This document shows positions 9,764 to 20,290 of a stretch of DNA of 64,000 nucleotides, piece after piece. The stretch's first letter is position 1; every line of letters starts with the position of its first letter. Where the stretch lies: NCBI GenBank assembly GCA_044229975.1, contig JBGARZ010000013.1, positions 192,001-256,000 of the forward strand. Direction: 5' to 3'. Position numbers and translations under genes: made by a program. This DNA is from Polyangiales bacterium (GTDB lineage: Bacteria; Myxococcota_A; Polyangia; Polyangiales; Ga0077539). The notes under the pieces are model-generated. The model saw only the letters and a program-made list of their open reading frames with translations, did not search any database and had not been told where the DNA came from.

Positions 9764-11842
9764 GTGATCGGGCCTGTGCTACTCACCCCCAACGGAGTGG
9801 CACGGTCGGCACGACACTGGGCGGTCTTCACGGCTCTGCTCGCTCACGCCAGCACCGCGTCGGCCCACGACGAGCCCGGCGCCACGGTGCGCGGCCAGGC
9901 TCCACCAAGAGCCGCGAGCGACGTCACCTTCGACCTCAACACGCTCCGTCTGATCCCCCGCGGCAGCGCGGCAGAGATGCTGATGCTGGCCCCGGGCTTC
10001 TACCTCTCGCAGCACGGCGGCGAAGGGAAGGCGGCGCAGCTCTTCCTCCGCGGCTTCGACGCGCAGCACGGCCAGGACGTGGAGTTCTCCGTCGGGGGCT
10101 TGCCCATCAACGAGGTGTCCAACGTGCACGGGCACGGGTACGCCGACCTCAACTTCGTGATTCCCGAGGTGGTCGATCGGCTGCGCGTGCAGGAGGGGCC
10201 CTTCGACCCTCGGCAGGGCGACTTCGCCGTCGCCGGGAGCGCGCGCTTCGACCTCGGCGTCGTCGACCGCGGGGCGCTCGTGCGCGGCAGCTACGGGATG
10301 TTCAACACGGCCCGCGCCGTCGCCGTCGTGGCGCCTCGGGGAGAACGTCGCGAGACCTTCTTCGCGGGTGAGCTCTACCGCACCGACGGCTACGGCGAGC
10401 AGCGCGCCGCCAGCCGCGCGTCGGCGCTCGGGCAGTACGCGAGGCAGCTCGCGGGTGGGTCCGTGCTGCGGCTCCTGGCGACGGTGTACTCGGCGCGCTT
10501 CGACAGCCCCGGCGTGGTGCGCGAGGACGACTACGAGCGCGGTGCGCGGGACTTCTTCAGCAGCTACGACCTGCGGCAGGGCGGGTTCTCGTCGCGCGCG
10601 GCGCTGCTGGGCGAGCTGGTGGTGCCGACGGCGCACGGGCGCTTCACGGTGCTGGCCCACGCGGGCCTGCGGGAGTTTCGCATTCAAGAGAACTTCACCG
10701 GCTTCGCGCTCGACCCGCGCGGCGACCGCTACGAGCAGCGCTACGACGCCATCACCGTCGGTCTGCGCGCGACGCACCGCGCGACCTTCACGCTGCTGGG
10801 CCACACACACGGCGTGGAGTTTGGCCTGAGCGCACGGCACGACCGCACCACGCAGGCCATGGGCAGGCAGCGCTTCGCCGACGACGTCACCTACGCGACG
10901 GACATCGACGCCGACGTCGACGCGACGGACATCGGCGCCTACGCCGACCTCGACCTGCACGTCTTCTCGCGCGTCCACGTTCGCGGCGGGGTGCGCGCCG
11001 ACGCGCTCGCCTATCAGATCGACGACCGCAGCACGATGCTCGTCGACCGCACCGTGCGGGTGCCGCGCGGGCGGCGCGATGCGCAGGGCTTCCAGGTGGG
11101 GCCGCGGGCGACGGTGGAGGTCGACCTCGGGCGTGGGTTCACGCTGCTGGGCGCGTACGGCAAGGGCTTCCGCTCGCCGCAGGCGCTGTCGCTGGGCGAC
11201 GGCGAGAGCGCGCCCTTCGCGGTGGTGCACGCCGGCGAAGTGGGAGCGCGCTGGCGACACCCACGGGTGCAGGTGACGGCCGCGGCCTTCCTCACGCACG
11301 TCGACCGCGACCTCATCTTCGACCCCACCCAGGGGCAAAACGTGGTGATCCCCGAGACGGCCGCCACCACCCGCGGCGGAGCGTCGCTCATGGTGCGCGC
11401 GACGCCGGTGCGCGGCTTCGAGATCATCGCCTCGGGCACCTGGGCGCGGGCGACCTTCGATGCGACGGGTTACCTGGTGCCGTATGTTCCGCCGTGGGTG
11501 GGGCGCCTCGACGTGGTGTATGCGCGCGCCGTGGGGCAGGTCTTCGGGCGGCCGTTGACGCTGTCGGGCGCCGTCGGCGCGACGACCCTCGGCGATCGTC
11601 CGCTGCCCTTCAGCGAGCGCTCGCCCGCCATCTTCCTCCTCGATGTGGCAGCGAGCGCGCGGCTCGGCCCGGTCGAGCTTGGAGTGTCGGCGCGCAACCT
11701 CACCGACGCACGCTGGCGCGACGGAGCGTTCAGCTACGTGAGCAACTTCACGCCGGGCGTGGACACCAGCCGGGTGCCGGTGCAGCACTTCACCGCGGGT
11801 CGACCGCTGACCGTGCTGGGCACCCTCACCGTGCGGTTGTAG
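9764..11842 (+). CDS. TonB-dependent receptor
   Basis: Plug domain (QHGGEGKA..LFLRGFDA.HGQD, HGHGYADLNF.IPE, GPFDPRQGDFAVAG) followed by beta-barrel strands and a C-terminal RNLTD...GRPLTV motif. Confidence 0.88.
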   Translation: MIGPVLLTPNGVARSARHWAVFTALLAHASTASAHDEPGATVRGQAPPRAASDVTFDLNTLRLIPRGSAAEMLMLAPGFYLSQHGGEGKAAQLFLRGFDAQHGQDVEFSVGGLPINEVSNVHGHGYADLNFVIPEVVDRLRVQEGPFDPRQGDFAVAGSARFDLGVVDRGALVRGSYGMFNTARAVAVVAPRGERRETFFAGELYRTDGYGEQRAASRASALGQYARQLAGGSVLRLLATVYSARFDSPGVVREDDYERGARDFFSSYDLRQGGFSSRAALLGELVVPTAHGRFTVLAHAGLREFRIQENFTGFALDPRGDRYEQRYDAITVGLRATHRATFTLLGHTHGVEFGLSARHDRTTQAMGRQRFADDVTYATDIDADVDATDIGAYADLDLHVFSRVHVRGGVRADALAYQIDDRSTMLVDRTVRVPRGRRDAQGFQVGPRATVEVDLGRGFTLLGAYGKGFRSPQALSLGDGESAPFAVVHAGEVGARWRHPRVQVTAAAFLTHVDRDLIFDPTQGQNVVIPETAATTRGGASLMVRATPVRGFEIIASGTWARATFDATGYLVPYVPPWVGRLDVVYARAVGQVFGRPLTLSGAVGATTLGDRPLPFSERSPAIFLLDVAASARLGPVELGVSARNLTDARWRDGAFSYVSNFTPGVDTSRVPVQHFTAGRPLTVLGTLTVRL

Positions 11843-11894
11843 CGACGCCGCAACCTTGACGCGACGCCCGGGTCGAGCCCCATGCTCCGCGGGC

Positions 11895-14858
11895 ATGACC
11901 TTCGAAGCTGGCGGGGGAGAGTCCCCCGACGAACCAACTCCCAGCTTCCTGCGGGGCGGCGGCGAGGCCGGCGGGCTCATCCGGGCCTTCGACTGGTCGC
12001 GCACCTGCCTCGGCGCCGTCGCGACGTGGCCGCAGTCGCTGCGAACCACCGTCGGCACCATGCTCCGGTCGCCGTTTCCCCTTGTCCTGCTCTGGGGCAG
12101 CGACCTGCTGATGCTCTACAACGACCCGTTTCGTCCCATTCTCGGGGCGAAGCATCCAGGCAGCATCGGGGCGCCCGTCCACCTCGCGCTCGCGGAGGCG
12201 TGGGACTTCGTCGGGCCGCTCATCGCCCGGGCCCTCGCGACGGGCGAGCCGCACTACGAAGAGAACCGGGTCGTCGTCATCGCGCGACGGCAAGGCGGTC
12301 TCAACGAGGAGGCGTACTTCACCTGGTCGTTCAACCCGACGGTCGGCGAGAGCGGCGAGGTCGCCGGGATCTTCACCCTCGCCTACGAGACGACGCGGCA
12401 GGTGATCGGCGATCGTCGGCTCCACACGCTGCGCGAGCTGTCGCTGCGGTCGGCCCTCGACCACGACGTCGACAGGTTCTACGGCTCGCTCGAGGAGGTG
12501 ATCGCGCAGGCCAGCGCCGACCTCCCCTTCGCGCTCCTCTACGTCATCGAGGCGGGGCGGGCGCGCCTCGTGACCTGCACCGGGGTGCAGCGCGGGTCGC
12601 GCGCGGCCCCCATCGAGCTCGGCCTCGACGACACGTCCCCGTGGCCCGTCGGCGACGTCGCGCGCTCGGGGAGAGAGACTCTCGTGGGCGACCTGGGGAG
12701 CACCATCGGACCGCTGCCGGGCGGGCCGTGGCCGGAGCCCGCGACGAGTGCCCTGCTGCTCCCGGTGACCAACGGCGCGCGCGGCGTGACGGCGGTGCTC
12801 GTCGGGGGACTGAGCCCGTGGCTCGAACTCGACGACGTCTACCGGAGCTTCCTGCAACTGCTGGCGCGGCAGATCTCCGCGAGCGTCACGAGCGCGTCGG
12901 CCTTCGAGCACGAGCGGCGTCGCGTCGCCGAGCTCGCGGAGCTCGACCGCGCCAAGACGGCGTTCTTCTCCAACGTGTCGCACGAGCTGCGCACGCCGCT
13001 GACCCTCGTGCTCGGGCCGGTGGAAGACGCGCTCGCGCAGCCGGGGCGGTCGCTCGCGGGTGAGGCACTGGAGCTCGTGCGGCGCAGCGCCCAGCGGCTC
13101 TTCAAGATGGTCAACACCCTGCTCGACTTCGCTCGCCTGGAGGCGGGCCGGGCCCAGGCGAGCTTCGCGCCGACGGACCTGGCCGCGCTCACCGCCAACG
13201 TCGCCGGGCAGTTTCGATCGGCCATCGAGGCCGCGGGGCTGACGCTCGACGTGCGCTGCGCGCCGCAGCCCGACGCGGTGCTGGTCGACGCGGAGATGTG
13301 GGAGAAGATCGTGCTCAACCTCCTCTCCAACGCGCTCAAGTACACGCTGCGCGGGTCGGTTCGCGTCGACCTCGCGTGGACCGACCGGGACGCCGTGCTC
13401 ACCGTCGAGGACAGCGGCGTGGGCATCGCTCCGTCGGAGCTGCCGCGGATCTTCGAGCGCTTCTACCGCGCGGAGACCACGCAGGGGCGCAGCCACGAGG
13501 GCACCGGCATCGGGCTCGCGCTCGTGCACGACCTCGTCCAGATGCACGGCGGCGACGTCACGGCACGCAGCACCCTGGGCGAAGGAACCACCTTCACCGT
13601 GCGCCTCCCGCGCATCACCACCACGGCCGCGGCCATCGACGACGCGCCGACCGGGAGCGCCCTCGCCGAGCAGTTCGTCGGCGAGGCGCTGCGCTGGACG
13701 CCGCAGGACGCAGAGCCCGTCGCGATGGTGCGCGACCGCGCCGCGGCCCGCATCCTCGTGGTGGACGACAACGCCGACCTGCGAAACTACGTCGCGGGGC
13801 TGCTCGGTCGGAGCTTCGCCCACGTCGAGACGGCGACCCACGGAGCCGAGGCGCTGGCGTCGGCGCGCGCCCTCCCCCCGGACCTCATTCTCTGTGACGT
13901 GATGATGCCCGTGATGGACGGCTTCGCGCTGGTGCGCGCCCTCCGCGACGACCCGCGCACGCGGACGGTGCCCATCATCCTGCTCAGCGCCCGGGCCGGC
14001 GCCGAGGCGGCGGAGCAGGGGCTCGACAGCGGCGCGGACGACTACCTCGTGAAGCCCTTCGCGGGGCGCGAGCTCCTCGCGCGGGTGCGCAGCCAGCTCG
14101 AGATGGCGAGGGTTCGCGCCGAGGCGGGGCGCGAGAGGCAACGCATCAACGAGGTGCTGAGCGACGCGGCCGCGCGCGACGAGTTCCTCGCGATGACGTC
14201 GCACGAGCTCCGCACGCCCCTCACGGCGCTCAAGCTACAGCTCGAGATCATGGGGCACACGGCCACCGCGGAGGGGCGCGGCTCGGAGCGCATGGGCGTC
14301 GCGCGCCGCCAGGTCGACCGCCTGGCCGCGCTGGTCGAGGCCATGCTCGACGCATCGCGGGCCTCCACGGGCACGCTCACCCTCGCGCCCACCGACCTCG
14401 ACCTGACCTCGCTCGCGCGCTCCGTCGCGGCGCGCTTCACCGACGACGCGGGCGCGACCGGGTCGACCATCCACGTCGAGGGCGCGCCGGTGCACGGCCG
14501 CTGGGACCGGGCGCGCATCGAGCAGGTGCTGAGCAGCCTCCTGTCCAACGCGGTGAAGTACGCGCCGGGGACGCCCATCACGCTCCGCGTCGAGGGCGAC
14601 GGGGAGACGGTGAGGATCGTGGTCCGCGACCTCGGCATCGGCATCCCGACCGAGGCGCTCCACCGGGTGTTTGAGCGCTACGAGCGGGCGGTTCCGGCGG
14701 AAAACTACGGCGGGCTGGGCCTCGGGCTGTACCTCGCGCGCCGCATCGTCGAGGCCCACGGCGGCGACATTGGGGTCGAGAGCGTCGGCGACGGGGCCAC
14801 GTTTACGGTTACGCTCCCGCGGATGACCGCGAGGACATTGGATCGCGACGAGGGTTGA
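11895..14858 (+). CDS. Hybrid sensor histidine kinase (PAS/GAF-like input, HisKA-HATPase, receiver, second HisKA-HATPase)
   Basis: DWSRTCLG..WPQSL input region; two H-boxes (SHELRTPL); N/G boxes (NLLSNALKY, GTGIGL; SNAVKY, GLGLGL); receiver ILVVDDN..DVMMP..KPF. Confidence 0.93.
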   Translation: MTFEAGGGESPDEPTPSFLRGGGEAGGLIRAFDWSRTCLGAVATWPQSLRTTVGTMLRSPFPLVLLWGSDLLMLYNDPFRPILGAKHPGSIGAPVHLALAEAWDFVGPLIARALATGEPHYEENRVVVIARRQGGLNEEAYFTWSFNPTVGESGEVAGIFTLAYETTRQVIGDRRLHTLRELSLRSALDHDVDRFYGSLEEVIAQASADLPFALLYVIEAGRARLVTCTGVQRGSRAAPIELGLDDTSPWPVGDVARSGRETLVGDLGSTIGPLPGGPWPEPATSALLLPVTNGARGVTAVLVGGLSPWLELDDVYRSFLQLLARQISASVTSASAFEHERRRVAELAELDRAKTAFFSNVSHELRTPLTLVLGPVEDALAQPGRSLAGEALELVRRSAQRLFKMVNTLLDFARLEAGRAQASFAPTDLAALTANVAGQFRSAIEAAGLTLDVRCAPQPDAVLVDAEMWEKIVLNLLSNALKYTLRGSVRVDLAWTDRDAVLTVEDSGVGIAPSELPRIFERFYRAETTQGRSHEGTGIGLALVHDLVQMHGGDVTARSTLGEGTTFTVRLPRITTTAAAIDDAPTGSALAEQFVGEALRWTPQDAEPVAMVRDRAAARILVVDDNADLRNYVAGLLGRSFAHVETATHGAEALASARALPPDLILCDVMMPVMDGFALVRALRDDPRTRTVPIILLSARAGAEAAEQGLDSGADDYLVKPFAGRELLARVRSQLEMARVRAEAGRERQRINEVLSDAAARDEFLAMTSHELRTPLTALKLQLEIMGHTATAEGRGSERMGVARRQVDRLAALVEAMLDASRASTGTLTLAPTDLDLTSLARSVAARFTDDAGATGSTIHVEGAPVHGRWDRARIEQVLSSLLSNAVKYAPGTPITLRVEGDGETVRIVVRDLGIGIPTEALHRVFERYERAVPAENYGGLGLGLYLARRIVEAHGGDIGVESVGDGATFTVTLPRMTARTLDRDEG

Positions 14859-14883
14859 ACGACCTTCGGTCGGAGGTGTTGTG

Positions 14884-15267
14884 ATGGCAGGTGGTGGTTC
14901 GGTTCTACTGGTCGAGGACGATCGCGATATCCGGGAGTCCATCCAGGACGCGCTCGAGAGCTTCGAATACGAGGTCGTCGCGGCCCACGACGGCATCGAG
15001 GCGCTGGAGCGGCTGCGCGGGGGCCACGCGCTCCCCAGGCTCATCCTCCTCGACATGATGATGCCGCGGATGAACGGCGCGCAGTTCCGCGCAGAGCTGT
15101 TGAAGCACGAGGCGTGGGCGGCCATCCCCGTGGTCGTGCTCACGGCCGACTCCAGCGCGCGGCGCAACGTCGAGGCCCTCCGGGTGGCGGCCTTCCTCCA
15201 GAAGCCGGTGAGCCTCGAAGACCTGCTCGACATCGTGGCCCACCTCATGGGCGGACGGACGTCGTAG
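14884..15267 (+). CDS. Single-domain response regulator (CheY-like)
   Basis: LLVEDD, LLDMMMPRMNG, VVVLTA, QKPV. Confidence 0.9.
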   Translation: MAGGGSVLLVEDDRDIRESIQDALESFEYEVVAAHDGIEALERLRGGHALPRLILLDMMMPRMNGAQFRAELLKHEAWAAIPVVVLTADSSARRNVEALRVAAFLQKPVSLEDLLDIVAHLMGGRTS

Positions 15268-15294
15268 CGGCGACGGCGGCAATCGCCGCCTCCG

Positions 15295-16995
15295 TCAGTA
15301 GTCGAAGGAGCCGAGGAAGTACGGCGACTCGCGGGTGCACACCGCGCTGCTATCGCTGGCGGTGCGCGTCCCCGGCCAGGTGTATCGCACCGTCGTCCCC
15401 TGGTTGACGGTCACCGTCACGGCCGTCGGGCCCGTGATGCGAAACGGCACCGCGCACACGAGGTACGTCCCGCGCTCGGGCGCCGCCGCCCAGAAGACGT
15501 TCTCGGGCCCGGTGCCCGAGGTGTCGTCGCGATCGAGCTGACCCCCGCACCGGCTCGTCGCCCGAAACGAGATCGCCTGCATGCACGGCGGAACCACGTG
15601 CAGGTCCATGTCCCCCGCGCGGTCCCAGGTCATCGTCACGCGCAGCATCCCGCTGCCCACGCAGACCCCGTTGGCGCACGCCTGCCCGGCCGCGCACACG
15701 TTGCCGCAACGGCCGCAGTTGGCCACGTCGCTCCGCACGTCGATGCACCGACCCGCGCACAACACCGAGCCCGCCGCGCAGGCCGCGCAGCCCTCGTCGA
15801 CCATGCCGCTACAGTTGTCGTCGACCGCGTTGCCGCACACCTCCGCGGCCCCCGGCAACGTCTGTCCCAAGCACGCGCCCCACACCGACGTGAGCGTCCC
15901 GTCCGGGCGCACCAGCGCGTTGCATCGCCGCGTGCCCGCGCGACACGGCGCGACGGTGCGCGTCGCCGCGGGACCCGTGTAGCAGGCCTCCGACGCGTCG
16001 ATGGTGCACGCGCACCCGGTGTTGGGGTTGCCATCACAGTTGCGATCGACGCCGTTGCAGACGTCCACCGCCGGGACCACCTCGCCCGCGCACGGTCCCC
16101 ACACCGTCCCGGTGCCCGAGATCGTCGCCACGCAGGTCTGCATCCCGTTGCGGCACAGCCCGCGGCCCGCGGTGCCCGCCGGGCCCGAGTAGCAGCTCCG
16201 CGTCTGTCCCCGCGTGCAGCCGCACCCGGTGTTGGGCACCCCGTCGCAGTCCGTGTCGCGACCGTCGCAGGTGTCCGCGCTCGGCCGAACCTCCCCCGCG
16301 CACGCGCCCCACGCCGACCCCGTCGCGGTCGCCGCGCAGGTCTGCATCCCCGCGCGACACAGCCCGCGCCCCTGCGTGCCCGTCGGGCCCGTGTAGCAGG
16401 CGCGCGACGTCCCCACGGGACACAGGCAGCCCGCGCCCGGGTTGCCATCACACGCGCGGTCGACCGTGGGCATGCGACAGTCCACCGGCTGCGGCGTGCC
16501 GAAGCCCGTGCACGCGCTCCAGGTGCCAAACTCCCCGACGCCGTTGCACCGCTGCATCCCGTAGGTGCAGACCCCGCGCCCGGCCCGCAGCGGGTCGCCC
16601 GGGTAGCACCGCTGCATCGCCCCTGGGACGCACGCGCACTCCTCGTCGGTCATCCCGTTGCAGTCGTCGTCGATGCCGTTGCCGCAGCGCTCGCGCGGGC
16701 CGCACGCCGTCACCCCGCCGTCCGGGAGCATCATCACGGGCAGCACGTCGGCCACGTCGACGCCGCCGTCACCGAGCGCCCCGTCACCACCGAGACCGGG
16801 CACGTCGAAGCTCGGTGTACCAAACGCATCGAGCATCAATCCGCCGTCGCCGATGGGTCGGTCGGCGCTCGCTGCGCGGTCGCCCGTCGCGCCGTCCCTC
16901 GCCCCGGTGGTGGCGCCCTCGGAGCCGCATCCGACCATGGCGGTCGCGAGGCCACACCAGACGACGGACCACTGCCACGAGCGGAGAGCGCGCAT
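15295..16995 (-). CDS. Cys-rich repeat lipoprotein with C-terminal YfaP/DUF2135-like domain
   Basis: Lipobox MVGC; CGNGIDDDCNG..DE motifs; repeated CY.GP.GT.GRG.CR.G.Q.C...WG.C.GE units; C-terminal LRVTMTWD..DMDLHV...LDRDD..GTGPENVFW. Confidence 0.8.
   Translation of the reverse strand: MRALRSWQWSVVWCGLATAMVGCGSEGATTGARDGATGDRAASADRPIGDGGLMLDAFGTPSFDVPGLGGDGALGDGGVDVADVLPVMMLPDGGVTACGPRERCGNGIDDDCNGMTDEECACVPGAMQRCYPGDPLRAGRGVCTYGMQRCNGVGEFGTWSACTGFGTPQPVDCRMPTVDRACDGNPGAGCLCPVGTSRACYTGPTGTQGRGLCRAGMQTCAATATGSAWGACAGEVRPSADTCDGRDTDCDGVPNTGCGCTRGQTRSCYSGPAGTAGRGLCRNGMQTCVATISGTGTVWGPCAGEVVPAVDVCNGVDRNCDGNPNTGCACTIDASEACYTGPAATRTVAPCRAGTRRCNALVRPDGTLTSVWGACLGQTLPGAAEVCGNAVDDNCSGMVDEGCAACAAGSVLCAGRCIDVRSDVANCGRCGNVCAAGQACANGVCVGSGMLRVTMTWDRAGDMDLHVVPPCMQAISFRATSRCGGQLDRDDTSGTGPENVFWAAAPERGTYLVCAVPFRITGPTAVTVTVNQGTTVRYTWPGTRTASDSSAVCTRESPYFLGSFDY
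15830..16640 (-). repeat. Intragenic degenerate tandem repeats (about four Cys-rich units of roughly 70 aa)
   Basis: Recurrent CYTGPTGTQGRGLCRAGMQTC, CYSGPAGTAGRGLCRNGMQTC, CYTGPAATRTVAPCRAG and CYPGDP...GRGVC..GMQRC. Boundaries are approximate. Confidence 0.75.
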
Positions 16996-17068
16996 AGACC
17001 TCAGGAGAGTGGATGGCGGGACGGGGAAGGGCAGCGACTCTAACACCACACGCCGTGTGGAGGCGGTG

Positions 17069-18481
17069 TCAGTGCGCGGGCGCAGCGGCAGGAGCGGGGC
17101 GGCGGATGATCGGCGCGGCCTGGAGGGCGGCGGGCGACGGCATCACGATGCCAGGACCACCAGCGCCCTGACCAGCGGCGCCGAGCGCAGCGACGGGGAC
17201 GGCCGTGGGGCCGCCGGGCGCTGCGGGGACTTCGCCGCCGAGGGTGATGCGGCCGAAGCGTTCGAGGGTGTGAAAGTCGCCGCGGCGCGGGGCGCTCCAG
17301 GCGGCGCTGCGCTGACCGCCGGTCTTGGGCTCGTCCATCACGAAGAGGTTGAGCCGCACCTGATCGCCCGCCTGCGGGGGCGTGTGGGCGAGGCCGTCGT
17401 TGATGGCGGTCCACGGAATGGCGAGCTCGACGTCGTAGCCGGTGTCGGTGTCGTCGGCGTTGCCCACGGTGCCGGTCACGTTGACGCCGGAGCGGGTCTC
17501 CGGGTTGAAGTCGGCGTGGCCGATGGGAGCAGGCACGCGCGCCTGGTCGTACCGCGTATCAAACCGCTGGTTGCGCGGCGACACCTGGAACTCGTAGTAG
17601 TTGTTGCCGTCCCCGTTGGGGTCGATCATCACCTCGACGGCGTCGTGCTCCCAGAGGTGGTTGTCGCGCTCGGTGGAGGGGTCGAGCACGTTGTCGTCAG
17701 TCACGTGGAAGGCCACGTAGAGGTTGGTGTCGTCCCACAGCATCTGCGCCGTGGCGCGCGCCTCGGTGGCGCCCGCGGGGCTGCCGTTGGCCGGGTTGAC
17801 CAGCGGGCCGGTGCGCGCCGCGTTGGCCCACGCGGGCTCGTCGAGCCGACCGTCGGCCGTGATGGCCCCGGTGGTGCGCGGAACGTTGGCTTCGGTGAGC
17901 TGCACCGCGACGCCCGTGTCGAGCGAGAGCACGCGCGCGCGGCGGTCGCCGTCGGTGCGATCGGCGGGCGTCACCGGGAGGCGCGTGGCGTCCTTCCAGA
18001 GGCCGACGTGGATGCGAACCGTGGGCGAGTCCCACTCCGCCGGGAGCTCGAAGCTCTGCACGTCGCGGATGAACTCACCGGCGTGCCAGCGCTCGGGCTG
18101 GTAGGCGCGGCGCACGTCGCCGACGTTGTCCTGGTTGGTGCGCGGGCCGTTGCTGTCGTCGAGGTGCGTAAACAACCGCCAGCCGTCGCCGGTGGGGGCG
18201 CGGCACTTCCAGTACCAGGTGACGGTGACGCTCTGGCCGGGGCGCAGCGTGTTGCCCGTGATGTTGATGTCGTAGCCGAGCAGCTCGACCTTGTTGTCGA
18301 AGTTGAAGCTCAGCGGGTGCTGCGGCGTCGGGGCCGTGCGCGTCACGACCTGACGCCGGATCCGATCGAGCTCCGCCTGCGAAGCCCCATTGCGGTTGGG
18401 CTGCGTCGGCTGCTCCACGCACGCCCCGCCCAGAGCCAGACACACCACCCACGGCATCCACGTCTTCATCGATGTCCTCAT
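17069..18481 (-). CDS. Lipoprotein with CBM9-like (carbohydrate-binding family 9/DOMON-like) domain
   Basis: Lipobox LGGAC; ITADGRLDEPAW, MLWDDTNLYVAF, LWEHDAVEVMIDP, YYEFQVSP, VELAIPW. Start could be 18469. Confidence 0.82.
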   Translation of the reverse strand: MRTSMKTWMPWVVCLALGGACVEQPTQPNRNGASQAELDRIRRQVVTRTAPTPQHPLSFNFDNKVELLGYDINITGNTLRPGQSVTVTWYWKCRAPTGDGWRLFTHLDDSNGPRTNQDNVGDVRRAYQPERWHAGEFIRDVQSFELPAEWDSPTVRIHVGLWKDATRLPVTPADRTDGDRRARVLSLDTGVAVQLTEANVPRTTGAITADGRLDEPAWANAARTGPLVNPANGSPAGATEARATAQMLWDDTNLYVAFHVTDDNVLDPSTERDNHLWEHDAVEVMIDPNGDGNNYYEFQVSPRNQRFDTRYDQARVPAPIGHADFNPETRSGVNVTGTVGNADDTDTGYDVELAIPWTAINDGLAHTPPQAGDQVRLNLFVMDEPKTGGQRSAAWSAPRRGDFHTLERFGRITLGGEVPAAPGGPTAVPVAALGAAGQGAGGPGIVMPSPAALQAAPIIRRPAPAAAPAH

Positions 18482-18494
18482 TGGAGTCTATTCG

Positions 18495-20204
18495 TCACTT
18501 CTTGCGGTTCTTGCGGCGCGCGTCGCGCTCCTGCTTGCGCTTGTCCTTGGGCTTGCCGAGCACCGCCGTGCGCGGCCGCGCCGCCGGGGCGCCGCCCATC
18601 ATCCCGCTGGGATCGCCGCCGCCCATGAGGGCGCGCATCAGCTCGTTGGGGTCGCCCATTCCGGGGAAGCCACCCATGCCGCCGGGCATTCCGGGGAAGC
18701 CACCGGGCATCCCGGGGAAGCCGCCGCGACCGCCGCCGCCGCCCGCCACCGCGGACTCCAGCATCTCCTGCGCGATCTGCGCGATGGCCGCGTCGTCCCC
18801 CTGGACCTTGACCATGTCCTTGAGCTTGCGCGCCATGGCGAGCTGCTTCGCGCCCGGCATCTTCTGGAGGAAGCTCGCCTGCTGGCCGATGTTGCCCATC
18901 ATGTCGCGCATCATCACGAACTTCGCGACGAGCTCGGCCACCGCCTCGGGCTGATACCCCGAGCCCTTCGAGACACGCTGAACGCGCCCCGGCTGGGTCT
19001 TGAAGAGGTCGGCGTCGCGGCGCTCCTGCTTCGTCATCGAGGCGACGATGACCTTGGCCTTGTCGAGCTCGCGGTCGTCGACCTTCGCGTCGGGCGGGAG
19101 CATGCCGCTGAAGAAGGGCATGCGATCGAAGAGGTCTTGCAGCGGACCCATCTTCTGGATGGTCTCGATCTGCGCGACGAAGTCATCGAGGGTGAACTGC
19201 CCACCCAGCATCCGCATCGCGTCTTCTTCGGCGCGCTTCTCGTCGACGACCTTCTTGAAGTCGTTGACCACCGAGACGATGTCGCCCATCCCGAGGATGC
19301 GCGACGCCATGCCGTCGGGGCGAAACGCTTCGAGCTTGTCGAGCGACTCACCGACACCCGCGTAGCGGATGGGGATGCCCGTCACTTCGCGGATGGAGAG
19401 CGCCGCGCCGCCGCGGGCGTCGCCGTCGAGCATGGTGAGCGCGATGCCCGTGAGCCCGAGCGTGTCGTGGAAGGCCGTCGCCGTGGCGAGGGCGTTTTGC
19501 CCGATGGCCGCGTTGACCACGAGCAGGATGTTGTTGGGTTTCGTCTCGCTCTTGATGGACCGGAGTTCGTCCATCAGCACCATGTCGATGGCGAGGCGGC
19601 CCGCGGTGTCGAAGATCACCACGTCCTTCTTCTGGACCTTGGCGACCGCGAGCGCGCGCTTGCACACCTCGACGGGGCTGCTGCCGGGCACCGAGAAGAC
19701 CGGGACGTTGATCTTCTGCCCGAGCACGTTGAGCTGCTCGATGGCGGCCGGGCGCTGGAGGTCGGCGGCGACCAGCAGCACCTTCTTGCCCTCGTCGGTG
19801 AGGAGCTTGGCGAGCTTGGCGCTGGTGGTGGTCTTCCCCTGCCCCTGGAGGCCGACCATCATCACGAGGGTGGGCGTTCCCTTCGGGGCCTCGGTGAGCG
19901 AGGCGTTGTCGGGCGAGGCCATCATGGCGATGAGCTCGTCCTGGCAGGCCTTCACGAAGAGCTGATCGGGGGTGACGGTGGCCTTCTTGCCCTGCGCCTC
20001 GGCGCGGAGCTTCACCACCTGCCCGAGGAGCTTCTCCTTCACCCGCGCCAGGAAGCGCTTGGTGACGTTGAGCTCGACGTCGGCTTCGAGGAGCGCCAGC
20101 CGCACGTCGCGGAGGGCCTGCTCGATGTCGGCCTCGGTCAGCTCGGCGACCCCGGTGAGCTTCTGCCTCGCCTTGCGAAACCCTTCGGTCAACGTCTTGA
20201 ACAT
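18495..20204 (-). CDS. ffh: Signal recognition particle protein Ffh
   Basis: VRLALLEADV, GLQGQGKTTT, AADLQRPAAIEQL, DTAGRL, DGDARGGAALS, RILGMGD, M-domain FTLDDF and SMTKQER. Confidence 0.97.
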   Translation of the reverse strand: MFKTLTEGFRKARQKLTGVAELTEADIEQALRDVRLALLEADVELNVTKRFLARVKEKLLGQVVKLRAEAQGKKATVTPDQLFVKACQDELIAMMASPDNASLTEAPKGTPTLVMMVGLQGQGKTTTSAKLAKLLTDEGKKVLLVAADLQRPAAIEQLNVLGQKINVPVFSVPGSSPVEVCKRALAVAKVQKKDVVIFDTAGRLAIDMVLMDELRSIKSETKPNNILLVVNAAIGQNALATATAFHDTLGLTGIALTMLDGDARGGAALSIREVTGIPIRYAGVGESLDKLEAFRPDGMASRILGMGDIVSVVNDFKKVVDEKRAEEDAMRMLGGQFTLDDFVAQIETIQKMGPLQDLFDRMPFFSGMLPPDAKVDDRELDKAKVIVASMTKQERRDADLFKTQPGRVQRVSKGSGYQPEAVAELVAKFVMMRDMMGNIGQQASFLQKMPGAKQLAMARKLKDMVKVQGDDAAIAQIAQEMLESAVAGGGGGRGGFPGMPGGFPGMPGGMGGFPGMGDPNELMRALMGGGDPSGMMGGAPAARPRTAVLGKPKDKRKQERDARRKNRKK

Positions 20205-20290
20205 GGTCCTCTTTGCTAGGGCCGCGCTGCTACCACGGCGGCGGGGATTCCATCAACCCCGGCCGAGCGGGCCAGGGATTCGAAGTCGGT

